In this document: one piece after another, positions 19,001-27,445 of the stretch
How the letters are laid out: each line of letters begins with the position of its first letter
Position numbering within the stretch: the first letter of the stretch is position 1
Origin: a virus
Taxonomy: Duplodnaviria; Caudoviricetes
Length of the DNA stretch: 57,443 bases
IMG/VR virus record: IMGVR_UViG_3300048693_000127
Location: 1-57,443 of that record
Direction: 5' to 3' (one strand)
The notes under the pieces: generated by a model
What the model saw: only the letters and a program-made list of their open reading frames with translations
Told to the model about the DNA's origin: nothing
Databases searched by the model: none
Translations under genes and position numbers: made by a program

Positions 19001-19564
19001 GCAAATGTTGGATCAAGAGAAAGGGCACCAGGATTTGCATTTGGATCATTTGTTCCTGGTATTGGTGCTACAGATAAGGTTCCAGCTATGCTTACTCCTG
19101 GGGAATTTGTAGTAAGAAAACCAGTCGCACAAGCATTTGGTTCACAACTTGAGGCATTAAATAGTCAAATATATCCTAGTTCAGCTAATGATGAAGTATA
19201 TCCTGGAACACCAACAAGATATCGTTTAAATGGAATAGATGCTTTAGTGTCTGCTGGTCAAATTAATTCTATTTCTCCAATTAGTAATTATTCAGATGTT
19301 GTGGCACCAGTTATTGATACATCTAGTATAAATATGAATACCTTCCCTGATCTTTCAACAATGGATTATGCTTCTCAGACAACTGTTACTAATGTTACAA
19401 ATGTACCAACAAGCGTAAACAACTACACCCCTATGGCGTATAATTATAATATCAATGTTAGTGCAAAGACAAATGCTAGTGCAGATGATATTGCTAAAGC
19501 AATTGCCTTTAAGATGAATCAAAGACAACAGAGGACAATTAGGGGAACAAAAATAAATGGCTAA
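10019..19564 (+). CDS. tape measure protein (TP901-type core, 3181 aa) with inserted cargo domains
   Basis: Follows the chaperones; Ala-rich helical core (ATRLATLG...GVSAAQGANALKSGL); two hydrophobic segments; coiled coils; GAGGT SD before ATG 10019. Confidence 0.93.
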   Translation: MATTKAVIDIAINTSDAAAQLRNLQSQINAFNTALNKNNIVHAQAARSFSETLLAAANATGAFTAQQIKMETSAKRLDQTLTKGQATLSQYFNAKFRKNSAEAAAVLSLANSRVQSLQTQFVSATSAANGFRDAIAIRPLQAFNDSAMVSNERLAIHRAMLRQATTSMINFGKNTQWAGRQLMVGFTVPLTIFGAAAGKTFKEIEQAAVRFKKVYGDAFTTPEEIEQNMKAVEGLAVEFTKYGIAVKDTIGLAAEAAAAGAKNAELVAATTEATRLATLGQMEQGEALSATIALQNAFKLSTTDLTKEINFLNAVENQTVVTLQDLAGAIPRVAPVIVGLGGDVRDLAAMMAAMQEGGVSAAQGANALKSGLASLINPTNKATETLEKMGINITNIVQTNRGDLMGTVTAFAEEISKLDKFTRQQALEELFGKYQYARLGALFDNIIKDGTQASRVLQLAGLSAEQMATSAERELSVISEATSTKYMAAMERFKMSIAPLGEMFMKISTPIINFFSKLFEMFDKLPDGAKNFVALATIITGVVIPAGTMFLGLLMNLMGTLVKFGSVIGVAIKGLGKGGISGAVQAVSQSLRYMGLQEIEAAGAAQQLGIATDAANAALLEQVAAAGNARVAIQNLSEAYDILIAKQLQTAELSNVFFGPSAAAATGAGARPPRKQRRNRGGKINYMSTGATVPGVGNTDTVPAMLTPGEFVVNKDATQKNLPLLHAINNGNEVLKRNAGGPIPGVQYFGAPFNRPGGGQVAKNLQEQARVLAAMGFAGRPSQSERIGSNRTFKFLSEVSDPGVLQTLSRRMKSRAGVNVLSAMSANVGVGKGQFAADVNKDLRFGRASKEDVRALTSMVDFYQSTFDQVPSAKVVLAGLGITSSQAADRLASSVSSRIGRLSSKTISDPDLYSEVRQAYNDVGLETLFDTLMRERGALRYTLPTDTIKRLKSSMGLSASESVHGPLLRSEFGSDNISEVRDSRGRMIYVIKGSALGYGEDIGIRPGLTEDYSPLGFSYQKILKDVPGLTRVHLGEPQEFALGGLVNLFKRSTSLISGLRTAVRGHGPSSRAAFEPGSISYSSMERTSPASSKGRFWQIADPEKMHLPQATIDKGRSRGSKVIGHIYSRQFYSRHGNAPSGRSAPKRSFSQLAGLNLVGANRLNPGKEYDLLANQFVMIEGKWNTKIGAAGGGATRSDWVDLEASDMISLLHFLMSQGITEKDALSVARVAATKINARIRGTGGIIDEKRFGKIVTGSTIQALRSKTAESINVPGLNSGGMIGGQVNKSRSFYGRFNAKTVELFTNWISAQPSTTATMKQNPALFRGGFRKSKAAETLQRSTWLTQLPEVGSTMSLGSLASFSTTDTDVIRHLSNSKLRKDYEAAYTFLAMDQRNQQKDAKNLRRIKEMGIENVPSWAPERRHFGGIGRTGLEAYIEDTAAFIESRKRSIKKHKAAIREYESYIPTIIEVQTPRGTIRANLDDIVALENQQYMGRRTSEKERILHNAAIKILSIEDEDQGIKRIKAKLLSSEYPGFNTGGFLSPTISGQNIVPGTGNTDTVPAMLTPGEFVINKEATRDNLGLLHAINGGIIRGYQSGGDTANRPHPASPQVLYPGGQFSADQPIPVNIEEVSGTDAKRSPLGESMKSQRRMGLGMGMGAIGGAMTMAPMIPGVGQSPELSGLISGAGMGMSVLSMLPMIGAGGPVTIGLTALAAAAAAGGFALYKWRDMVDSASKAAADFGANVGGTANALNQAAEMFGTQTPAQRQAATSMGFTPEQQAQAGQEFGSYFGSEQGQKFIEDLKGATSEERFKKLSDYLKVAIASGMTDKSTAQNFAKTVGLLLNDTRLGAGVSTAIADQKTGSDELLKIAKNREEAVSNITTKAAETQAMNYRQSAKTIGGSIQVIQDFSNASALAKEEFANGKITFAEYQSIVQQSRDAQSKYTDAISDAMKKTSDFGATMQATKDQMVKSGLLSEEQFTTLEEATKVSIATKKELLSSPKGPVVGAGGRGGSYLGPGIARAGNVKVVDKDLLAAATSAISGGMDAAYATEIAKVIANKPKGKAAQTYRQLEAAGVGSQEAFAGAGLVRAINTGQVAGLERNRTNMEVVIDYIEKGGTAKDLTDFIFSLPEETRTTVMAVFDDMDQGRRERWMIDYNKIQGILGPDLASTITLSAEYKDANPKEKDSILSGINLFQKLPPSIDRSVAYDLAMTANNGKPLTLKDSEKFVKSINDNFAKLGSKNTAVTKKVSLDIMNTMGVSNENALKYMDEIQKKIKNFAKLPAEQQFSILTTFAVLGEAEQALANYLTATKDGGFSLPTYMTLKGNVDTARAAADEAISGARVTSTEDKKKTGGGGGGEKSLSEQLSEQLKEIRKLYAAMANAINPNTMKAIIAGPFAPEFIQYLAEQGEEGRKVLEKGRKAIQKEYDKFKEIKFTELAIQSRMAPGLRSEELRRQRGTQAFRSGLIGQGMSEEQVGYVMDSVGPDVLRARNALMAKRKKAGGPGLTDAEQRQLRDYNKNIKAAQEESKKFVEIDLDTKINDIRQSFIGTNKELATAGQLMAAGYTPEFAQEVMALGYTYDMGTAKLKEFTAELYKQKAALEVLKGPLTNATENLDIYGQTLGAQVEAINKLEIDPIQKDIDKLNKTITGLEKSKKPHQDAIDNLREEEEKLQEVYDERVKALDEVQRINQRIIDQQRGQMDVASALSRGDIAGAASAALELQRTMAQQRADDARNAVQQQFENERAVIAEKIKGYEEQIKAIDDQILAVQDAIAAKQDLIEQAKLRQLAIEEKLYKVQLLRDAIATKQAIQDAQARGAGDEATLLQGLLGIQMGTLSGLPGGVGGIPGAENIMSMLGQPGVPVTPGMPGVSASGSPITQFNENLKKELPKLDEAVKALTGENGLPSVMDQFVNGMVTSVNQFFAYVAGALNAAPIVIPPISIPWSATYNAGKGKTGTVSGVAVTKAVTTNVQKLASIVTEGQKKMYGGSIANVGSRERAPGFAFGSFVPGIGATDKVPAMLTPGEFVVRKPVAQAFGSQLEALNSQIYPSSANDEVYPGTPTRYRLNGIDALVSAGQINSISPISNYSDVVAPVIDTSSINMNTFPDLSTMDYASQTTVTNVTNVPTSVNNYTPMAYNYNINVSAKTNASADDIAKAIAFKMNQRQQRTIRGTKING
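12095..12211 (+). repeat. tape measure 39-aa repeat, copy 1
   Basis: VPGVGNTDTVPAMLTPGEFVVNKDATQKNLPLLHAINNG. Confidence 0.95.
13859..14620 (+). other. ADP-ribosyltransferase-like domain (R-S-E class, VIP2/Alt-like) inside the tape measure protein
   Basis: Ordered motifs TLQR (R at 14036), LASFST (14099-14107), IIEVQTPRG and SEKERIL (ExE at 14513-14521), then terminal beta strands. Confidence 0.65.
14672..14788 (+). repeat. tape measure 39-aa repeat, copy 2
   Basis: VPGTGNTDTVPAMLTPGEFVINKEATRDNLGLLHAINGG; 32/39 identical to copy 1. Confidence 0.95.
19052..19168 (+). repeat. tape measure 39-aa repeat, copy 3 (more diverged)
   Basis: VPGIGATDKVPAMLTPGEFVVRKPVAQAFGSQLEALNSQ. Confidence 0.9.
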
Positions 19565-20201
19565 TGCTAGTTATATTAGAGGAAGATGGGCAACAAATGG
19601 TTTGAGGCAAAGGCCACAAGCTATTTTATGGTCAGATAATTTTGGCACACTTGATTCAAGTACATATACTAATCCAAATACTGGTGCATCTGCATCTTTA
19701 CAGCTTGCTGTTCCAAACGGTACTGAGTTTAATAATTTTTTAATACTTTCTGATCATAATAGATCAGAGCTTCAGTTTAATAAAAATAGAATTGAAAATA
19801 GAAAGAGAATGATTAATGCAACAATGAGAAGTTATCACGTTGCAGATAAATTAGAAATATCTTTTAGTTGGGACAATCTTCCATCAAGATCTTTTAATAA
19901 AGATCCTTTATTTGATCCTAGTACTGGATTCCCAACAGCAATTAATCTTGAAGATTATACTGCTGATGGTGGTGCTGGTGGAGTAGAAATTCTTGACTGG
20001 TATGAAAAACATCAAGGATCATTTTGGATGCTTCTTTCGTATGACAAGTATAACGAATTTACTTCAAATGAATATAGTTATATAAATCAATATAATCAAT
20101 TACTTGAAGTTTATTTTTCATCATTTGACTATACCGTTGTAAAAAGAGGCGGAAGTAAACACGATCTTTGGAACATATCCGTATCATTAGAGGAAGCATA
20201 A
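19557..20201 (+). CDS. distal tail (Dit-like)/minor tail protein
   Basis: Directly after the tape measure gene; ends WNISVSLEEA, typical of tube-fold tail tip proteins. Confidence 0.65.
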   Translation: MANASYIRGRWATNGLRQRPQAILWSDNFGTLDSSTYTNPNTGASASLQLAVPNGTEFNNFLILSDHNRSELQFNKNRIENRKRMINATMRSYHVADKLEISFSWDNLPSRSFNKDPLFDPSTGFPTAINLEDYTADGGAGGVEILDWYEKHQGSFWMLLSYDKYNEFTSNEYSYINQYNQLLEVYFSSFDYTVVKRGGSKHDLWNISVSLEEA

Positions 20202-23200
20202 TGTGGATAGATCCCCAAGGTAAGTTAATTGATCATTTAGAAAAGAACAATACCTTAAGAGTAGAGTCTTTAATTATTGCAGAATGGAATATGAATGATT
20301 TTCAAACCATAAAAAATTATGGAACATATAGATTTAGACCTTCTGCTTCAGCTTCTAAATATAATCCAATAGTTTCTAGCTATTCAGCAGATGATACAGC
20401 AAATTATTATACTAATGCAGCTCGCTCTTTTTTTACATATTCTGATTTTGTTAATAATAATGATGAACCAGTTCTATTTGAAAATGCTGATGTTGATAGG
20501 CAACTATATTTTGATTTAGAAGATTGTTTTGCACCATTTAGACCAAGATCTGGAATTAACAAGCTTTTATATTTTAATGATAAATATATTGATAATGTAA
20601 AAAGTGCTAAAAGACCAAGGTACTATATGGCATCTAGATATGATAATTTTAAATATTGGAATTCTTATAGAAATCAAATAGTAGATAATGTTTTAACTGA
20701 GGTAGGAGTATCAAATTTAAAAAATCCAATTAATAAACCAGATGCAAGTATTGTAGGATACTATATTGATGATACCGCTCCCTTTGTTGTGTATGAAAAA
20801 GCTGTACCAACAAATAGAATTGTTATTAAAATGCAAACAAATCTTGCAAAAAATTCATTGGGAAACTTTAATACGCAAAATGGCACAACAATACAAGATC
20901 CATTAGGCAATAGGTCATTGTCTTCAATTCCAAAAAGATGGAGAATAGAGTATCTTGATATTAATAATAATTGGGTAACTGCTCAAACATTTAATGAAAA
21001 TTCAAAACGACTAAATGGTACAGAAATAGTAGATTGGGACGGGTATGTAGAATTGTACTATGGAGTTCTTGTTCCAGAAGAATACAGATCTAGCTTCCAT
21101 CTAGTTGGATATTTAAGTGATCTATCTAGCCGTCCACCAACAGGAATTAATCGTGGTGAATCTTACGTCATTGGTATGACACAAGATAACCCTGGAACTT
21201 TATATATATGGAATAACGTAACTGGATCTTGGTACAGTGAAGCTGCCAGATATGGATTCTCATTAGTAGAGCAAGATGATACAAAAAAGATTGGTATAGT
21301 TTCATCTTTAACAGATCCAGTTTATTTTAATCAATATGGTCAAGATGTTTTTACTGAGCTTTTGTTTATTAAAGGATTAAGACTTGTTATTGAAACAATG
21401 ATTGCTCCAGAACAAACATTTAGTTTAATTGAGCTTTCTCCGAGACTTAAGGTTAATGTTTCTGATTATGTTGAATCTTTTCAAATTACAAAAAGCACAG
21501 GTAATGATCAAACACAGTTGCCAGTAGGTGGACTTTTAGCATCCAATGGCGACGTATCGTTAATGAACTTTGATGATGCATTTACTTTAAATAATTATAA
21601 TTCTTCATCTTCAGCAACAATTCCACTGTTTGCCAATAATAAAGGTAGCTTAGTTTCTCAATATTTAAAACCAAATGTAAAATTTGATTTCTATGAAATA
21701 ATTCTTGATGTTGATGGATATGATAAATATATACCTATGCAGTCGATGTATTCTGAAAACTTTCCATATGCTGCTAATGGCATGAACGATGTTCGTGTTA
21801 TTCTAAGAGATCAATTTTTTAAATTTGAAACTACAAAAGCACCAGAAATATTTTTAACTGATACTACTGTAACTTCTGCAATATCTATGTTACTTGATAA
21901 TGCTGGATTTAGTAATTATGTTTTTAAGGGAATTGATGATCTTCCAGAGCTATACAAAAAAGATGAAGTTGTTGTAAATACATCTATAGATTATCCAGTA
22001 TTTTATCCACCAGTTCCATCACAAGTAACTACAAATCCATATTTAAATCCTGCAACAGGACAGAATGTTCCCTTGGAAGATGCCTGGAATATATATTGGA
22101 ACCTATCGAAACAGTATAACTTTACACCAGTTTCTAAAATGGTAACAAATATAAACAAAAGAGATTTTTATGCAAGCATTAGAGATCCAATCATTCCATT
22201 CTTTTTCATAGGACCAGAAATGTCTATTGCTCAGGCACTTTCAAACATAGCTGCTGCTACACAAACTGCAATGTTTTTTGATGAATATAATAATTTTGTA
22301 GTTATGCCAAAAGAATATTTCATGCCAAATCCTGAAAAACCAGAAAGAAAGACTGACTTAGTTTTATATGGTCAAAAAACAAATGGAAGATTACCAAATA
22401 TTCTAGCCATTGGGAACAATGAAGAACAAATTCTTAATAGTGGAGTTATTAGGTACACAATTAAATATATTCAGAAATCATTCAGTAGCATTTCCCAGGC
22501 AAGATTTGCTGCTCAAGATAGAACATATATCTATAAACCAGTACTTTTATGGGAAGCTGGATCAAATGATGAATTAAGACCAGTTAATGATGATGCTGGT
22601 CAGGCTTCTGGTTACGCATTAACAGCAATGGGCCTTAACACAACATTGTCATCAGCTATTCCAATAGTTGTTAATAACAAAATAACAAATAATGTAATAG
22701 ATGTTGGTGAAAATGTAAACTGGTTGGGAAGATTTAATGGATATCTTTATGCAAATGGAGAGGTTATTCGTTTTGATGCTGTTGAATATAAGGTAACAAA
22801 AACCGTAGGAATTCCTACACCACAATCTTCTGTAAGCCAGGAAGGTACAGTATGGATTACAAGCAATAGAGAATATCAAAAATATTTCTCATCCCTCCCC
22901 TTTGGCGGTAAAATTTATCCTACTGGCAATATAAGAATTTTTGTTGAACCATATTATGTAAAATATGAAAATCCAACACAGGACGCAACAGATCTTGATA
23001 CGAATGTTACATACAAAAATGGTGCAGTTCAAAGACATGGACGAGGACAGTTTGGTACAGAAATAGTTGAGCACCCAGCTGGCCTTCCAGCATATTGGTC
23101 AGATAACAATAATGTCCGTGGTATAGAAATGGATAGTACACAAACATATCTATTTTCTACAAAACCAATAACTAGTATTTCATATCCAACTCAAGATAGT

Positions 23201-24913
23201 AGTGGTACGGCAGTTGGAGTACGAAATGATATTGCACAAAGATCAAAAAGAAATGGAATTATTAAAAACTTTTTACGCAAAACATATCCAACTGATAAAA
23301 TTATTAAAGACTTAAAGACAACTCAGTCTGGAACTATTCAGTCTTCTGCACTAGTATTTGTCGGTCCTCCAGAATTAACAGATACAAATACTAATACTTA
23401 TCCAACAAGTAAAATTAATTTTGTTTCTTATGTATACAAAGAGCTTGATTCAGCATATAGGCATTTCGGTACCAGATTAAGAATAATTGGTAAATATGAA
23501 AGAGACTCTGAGAAAGCGCAAACAGTAAATAATGGAACTTCTCAAGTTCCTTATTATACAATTCAACCAGAAAATTCTTCAGAAAAGGTAGAAATAAATG
23601 GAGGGTCTGGAGGAATTGCTATTGGTATTAATCCATCAACTAATCAAGGATATTTCTTTGAAATCTGTGCGCTTACAGGAAGCAATATTCAACAATATAA
23701 TGAAATAAATTCTGAGACTGGTGCATATGATAAAGTTCTACATAATATTGTATTTTATAAGGTTCAAAATAGTGGGGGTAAGGCTATACCTAGAAAGCTA
23801 TGGGGAGGTCTTGGATCAATTATTGTTGATGAAGGAACCTTTGTTGGTCAAGATAGAATTGGTTTGCAAGAAAATCCAACAGTGTATGATCTTTCTGTAG
23901 AGTATCAAAATCTTCCAGGCGGAGGTAGAAGATTTTACCTCTATATCAATAACAAACAAATTGCATATGTAGATGATACAAATCCTTTGCCAGAGTATAA
24001 CAATGTAGCGGTATTCGTTCGTGGAGCTTCTGAGTGTATGTTTGAAAATATTTATGCTCTTCAAAGTGTTCTTGCTACAAATACTAATGAAACTGTTATT
24101 GAAGAAATTAAAGATATGTTTTATTCAGATGAAATAAAGACACCAGAGGCAATGAGAAAGTATTCGGTATCTGGATTTGTCAAGCCTACATACCTAACTG
24201 GAATTGGACCAAATTCGTCACCAAAATATAAGATCTACTTTGAAGAATTTGGAACAATCATGCGTGAGTGTGCATACTTTAATGTTAAATATGATAAAGC
24301 ATATCCAGCATTATTAGCTGTCCTGGCCCCAACATTTAATAATGAAAGAGGGTATGTGGTTTCAGGATTCAGGGCTGGCGCATATGGAGCAGAGTTTTTA
24401 GTGTTTAATACTACTGACAAAGCTATTAGTCTTGATGAGACAACGGGCAATTATTTGAGAATTCTTGGCATCACATTTACACAAGAGTCAAATGGAGAAC
24501 TTTCAGTTGACAGTTATTTTAATCGTAAATCAAGTTTTTCAAATCCAACTACACAAAATAATATTATTCAATCTCCAATAATAGCTGATAAAGTATACGA
24601 TGATATACTTTTAAGTAGAAAAAAATATGGTAAAAAGGAATTTGTTATTGAATCAGAATACATTCAAAGTGAAGATGATGCAAATAATCTAATGGATTGG
24701 ATGATGACAAAAACATTGAGACAAAGACAAAAGCTTTCAATATCAACATTTGCTACTCCACATGTACAATTAGGAGATCTTGTTTCTATTAACTATAAGC
24801 CAAGAGCAAATATCTCTTTCATTGATTCTACAAAGCAATTTGTTGTTCAATCTATTTCTCATTCAATACAGGCTGATGAAAGATCTACTGAATTAGTATT
24901 GGTGGAGATTTAA
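20201..24913 (+). CDS. large tail tip/baseplate hub protein (about 1570 aa)
   Basis: TAATG-coupled start at 20201; AMFFDEYNNFVV and C-terminal PHVQLGDLVSI...FVVQSISHS hub-like motifs. Confidence 0.7.
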   Translation: MWIDPQGKLIDHLEKNNTLRVESLIIAEWNMNDFQTIKNYGTYRFRPSASASKYNPIVSSYSADDTANYYTNAARSFFTYSDFVNNNDEPVLFENADVDRQLYFDLEDCFAPFRPRSGINKLLYFNDKYIDNVKSAKRPRYYMASRYDNFKYWNSYRNQIVDNVLTEVGVSNLKNPINKPDASIVGYYIDDTAPFVVYEKAVPTNRIVIKMQTNLAKNSLGNFNTQNGTTIQDPLGNRSLSSIPKRWRIEYLDINNNWVTAQTFNENSKRLNGTEIVDWDGYVELYYGVLVPEEYRSSFHLVGYLSDLSSRPPTGINRGESYVIGMTQDNPGTLYIWNNVTGSWYSEAARYGFSLVEQDDTKKIGIVSSLTDPVYFNQYGQDVFTELLFIKGLRLVIETMIAPEQTFSLIELSPRLKVNVSDYVESFQITKSTGNDQTQLPVGGLLASNGDVSLMNFDDAFTLNNYNSSSSATIPLFANNKGSLVSQYLKPNVKFDFYEIILDVDGYDKYIPMQSMYSENFPYAANGMNDVRVILRDQFFKFETTKAPEIFLTDTTVTSAISMLLDNAGFSNYVFKGIDDLPELYKKDEVVVNTSIDYPVFYPPVPSQVTTNPYLNPATGQNVPLEDAWNIYWNLSKQYNFTPVSKMVTNINKRDFYASIRDPIIPFFFIGPEMSIAQALSNIAAATQTAMFFDEYNNFVVMPKEYFMPNPEKPERKTDLVLYGQKTNGRLPNILAIGNNEEQILNSGVIRYTIKYIQKSFSSISQARFAAQDRTYIYKPVLLWEAGSNDELRPVNDDAGQASGYALTAMGLNTTLSSAIPIVVNNKITNNVIDVGENVNWLGRFNGYLYANGEVIRFDAVEYKVTKTVGIPTPQSSVSQEGTVWITSNREYQKYFSSLPFGGKIYPTGNIRIFVEPYYVKYENPTQDATDLDTNVTYKNGAVQRHGRGQFGTEIVEHPAGLPAYWSDNNNVRGIEMDSTQTYLFSTKPITSISYPTQDSSGTAVGVRNDIAQRSKRNGIIKNFLRKTYPTDKIIKDLKTTQSGTIQSSALVFVGPPELTDTNTNTYPTSKINFVSYVYKELDSAYRHFGTRLRIIGKYERDSEKAQTVNNGTSQVPYYTIQPENSSEKVEINGGSGGIAIGINPSTNQGYFFEICALTGSNIQQYNEINSETGAYDKVLHNIVFYKVQNSGGKAIPRKLWGGLGSIIVDEGTFVGQDRIGLQENPTVYDLSVEYQNLPGGGRRFYLYINNKQIAYVDDTNPLPEYNNVAVFVRGASECMFENIYALQSVLATNTNETVIEEIKDMFYSDEIKTPEAMRKYSVSGFVKPTYLTGIGPNSSPKYKIYFEEFGTIMRECAYFNVKYDKAYPALLAVLAPTFNNERGYVVSGFRAGAYGAEFLVFNTTDKAISLDETTGNYLRILGITFTQESNGELSVDSYFNRKSSFSNPTTQNNIIQSPIIADKVYDDILLSRKKYGKKEFVIESEYIQSEDDANNLMDWMMTKTLRQRQKLSISTFATPHVQLGDLVSINYKPRANISFIDSTKQFVVQSISHSIQADERSTELVLVEI

Positions 24914-26053
24914 ATGGGTTCAACAAAACCGCCAGCAAAAGTAACACCCAAAGCAACACCAAGTACAGCACCTAGCCCAGCACCTAAACCATCCAATACT
25001 CCAAGTCGTGCAACAGCAAATTCAGCAGTTACTGCTGCTGCTTCGGCTGCTCAATCAAAAGCTGCTACTGCTCAATCAAAAGCTGCTGCGGCAGCAAGAG
25101 CAGCAACCAGTTCAACAGTTACTTCTGCAAAAACTGCTAAACCAGCATCAAAGCCTGAAACTAAAGTACCTTCATCAGCAAGAGGTGCTGCTACACAGGC
25201 TGCATTTAAAGCTGCTGAACAACTAGCACAAGTTAAAGGCGTTTATTCAAAAAATACAAATCCTATGACTCGCTTGCTTTTAGAGCAATCTAGAAATAAT
25301 TATCAATCAGCTAAAGAAAAAATTCCTTCTAGATCTCCTTACTTACAAAGTTTAATTAATGCTGAAGCTGCAAGAGATCGACAAAGGGCAAAAGAAAACC
25401 AGGCAAGACAACAATCTGGAAAAACACAAAAGCCTAATAAAGATGACGATAAAGATAACCGTGTTACTAGAAGAATCCCTCCAAAAAATCCAGGAGTTTT
25501 GGTAATTCCGAATCCTCAAAAACCAACCACTTCTACTGATCCTGGTGGGGGCGATACAGAGGTAGATGAGGAACCAACTCCAGAAACTGAAAATATAGGG
25601 GCATTTTCATATAGTCCACCTCCAAGTCCACCAAAACAAACTCTTGTTCCAGCTAGAGATGTTGTTAACTTTCAATCAGTTCCAGCATCTGTTGAAGCAA
25701 TGGAACAGGTATTATTCCAACAGCTTAGTAGTTTTGAATTAGTAAATATGGCTAGAAGAGATACAGTTGAAGGATTAAATCCATATTACTCTGTTATATC
25801 TAATTTGTCATCAATTAGAAAAGAATATGACCCATCTCAAATAATAGCTTTGCAAAAACCAAATCAAACATTATTTGATATTTATCAAATTAATCTATAT
25901 GAAAAAATTCCAAATGATGAATATCTGTTAAGAAACAATATTAGTAATTTTTACTATGTTGATACTAATGGAGATTTGATTATAGAACTTGACAATCTTC
26001 TTTCTGATGAAATTATTGAAATTGAAATTGCAACAAGTGGTAAAATTACATAA
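24914..26053 (+). CDS. tail-region protein with a long basic, Ala/Pro/Ser/Thr-rich low-complexity N-terminus
   Basis: ORF abuts the hub gene; ordered C-terminal ~135 aa. Confidence 0.7.
   Translation: MGSTKPPAKVTPKATPSTAPSPAPKPSNTPSRATANSAVTAAASAAQSKAATAQSKAAAAARAATSSTVTSAKTAKPASKPETKVPSSARGAATQAAFKAAEQLAQVKGVYSKNTNPMTRLLLEQSRNNYQSAKEKIPSRSPYLQSLINAEAARDRQRAKENQARQQSGKTQKPNKDDDKDNRVTRRIPPKNPGVLVIPNPQKPTTSTDPGGGDTEVDEEPTPETENIGAFSYSPPPSPPKQTLVPARDVVNFQSVPASVEAMEQVLFQQLSSFELVNMARRDTVEGLNPYYSVISNLSSIRKEYDPSQIIALQKPNQTLFDIYQINLYEKIPNDEYLLRNNISNFYYVDTNGDLIIELDNLLSDEIIEIEIATSGKIT
25047..25088 (+). repeat. 21-bp tandem duplication (AQSKAAT/A)
   Basis: CTGCTCAATCAAAAGCTGCT(A/G) twice. Confidence 0.85.
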
Positions 26054-26062
26054 GGAGTAAAC

Positions 26063-27445
26063 ATGATTACCAATACGGGAAAAAAAATTATAGCCAAGTT
26101 TCTATTAGGTCAAACTTCAGAGTTTGCTACTCATATAGCAGCAGGTTGTGGACCAACCCCGCTATCTCCAACTGAATCTCTTACCACACAAGAAGTCATA
26201 GATATTAAAAATAAAACAAATCTTGATTTTGAAATGTTCCGCGTTCCAATTATTTCAAAAGGATTCATTAAAGAAAACGGGGTAGAAAAGATTGTTTTTA
26301 AAGCAGAGATGCCTACAGAACAAAGGTATCAAATTACAGAAGTAGGATTCTTTTCGGGAGCAGCAAATACACTGGCTGGATCTTTTGATAGTAAAACTTT
26401 GTCAACATTCAATCCAGCTGAGAACTGGATTATTGCTTCTGATGTTTCTGCATCAACCATCACTACTGAAACAATAAATGCAAATATATCAAACTCTTTA
26501 TCAGATTTTATCTTAACTGATAAGGCTAAATTTGTACCATCAGATGCAACAGTATTTAATTCTATTAATAGAAAAGATCGTCAGGAGCCACCCAGGTTTT
26601 ATAACAGGGCACTACTAGTTTCTGGCAACTCTTGTTATTTAGATAGCGATGGAACCTCATATAATTCCTATGGATATAGAATTGAAAATACTTCACTTGC
26701 ATTTAACTTCAGTCAAAATCTTCCTTCTGATCAAATTAGATTTGCTATATCAATATTAAGCAACATACATAATAACGATACCGAACCATATAAAGTTCGT
26801 TTTGCAATAGAGTTTATTAACAATCTTCCTACACTTTCAGCTCTTTCTCCAAAAGCTAGAGCTACCATGGTTCTTGATTCATCTGATATAGCTGATAGCA
26901 GATATTATATTTTTACAAAGCCACTTTCTTCTTTTAAATTAGATGACGGATTTTCTTGGGCAAATATTAACCTTATTAGAATATATGCATGTGTAATTGA
27001 TCAAACTGATGTTATTGATCAAATTACAAATGTAGCCTTAAATCAATCTGTAGCAACAGTAACGGCACCAGAACACGGGCTATACCCTGGAATGAAATTT
27101 GACATATCTGGTGTCTCTGCACCATACTCATATTTTAATCAAACTAATTTAACTGTTGTTAGCTCTACAGAATCTACTATTACCTTTAATCATCCAACAG
27201 CAAATTCAGCTTCTCCAATTTCTGCAAGCGTTATAAGTGGCAGTGCTCAATATGAAGGTGGAAATAAAAATTATAAAATATTACTAGATGGACTTAGATT
27301 TGAAAATACTACTACAGACAACCCATTATATTCTTTAGTTGGTTATGACATTGTTAGAGAAAGCTCGTCATATCCAGTTATTAAAACAGAAAACAGTAAC
27401 AACTATATTGAGTATAGATTTGGTATAGGTGTTGACATTGGCTAA
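26063..27445 (+). CDS. minor tail/baseplate protein
   Basis: SD AAGGAG; N-terminus MITNTGKKIIAKFL...THIAAGCG resembles tail-collar/fibre attachment domains. Confidence 0.6.
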   Translation: MITNTGKKIIAKFLLGQTSEFATHIAAGCGPTPLSPTESLTTQEVIDIKNKTNLDFEMFRVPIISKGFIKENGVEKIVFKAEMPTEQRYQITEVGFFSGAANTLAGSFDSKTLSTFNPAENWIIASDVSASTITTETINANISNSLSDFILTDKAKFVPSDATVFNSINRKDRQEPPRFYNRALLVSGNSCYLDSDGTSYNSYGYRIENTSLAFNFSQNLPSDQIRFAISILSNIHNNDTEPYKVRFAIEFINNLPTLSALSPKARATMVLDSSDIADSRYYIFTKPLSSFKLDDGFSWANINLIRIYACVIDQTDVIDQITNVALNQSVATVTAPEHGLYPGMKFDISGVSAPYSYFNQTNLTVVSSTESTITFNHPTANSASPISASVISGSAQYEGGNKNYKILLDGLRFENTTTDNPLYSLVGYDIVRESSSYPVIKTENSNNYIEYRFGIGVDIG

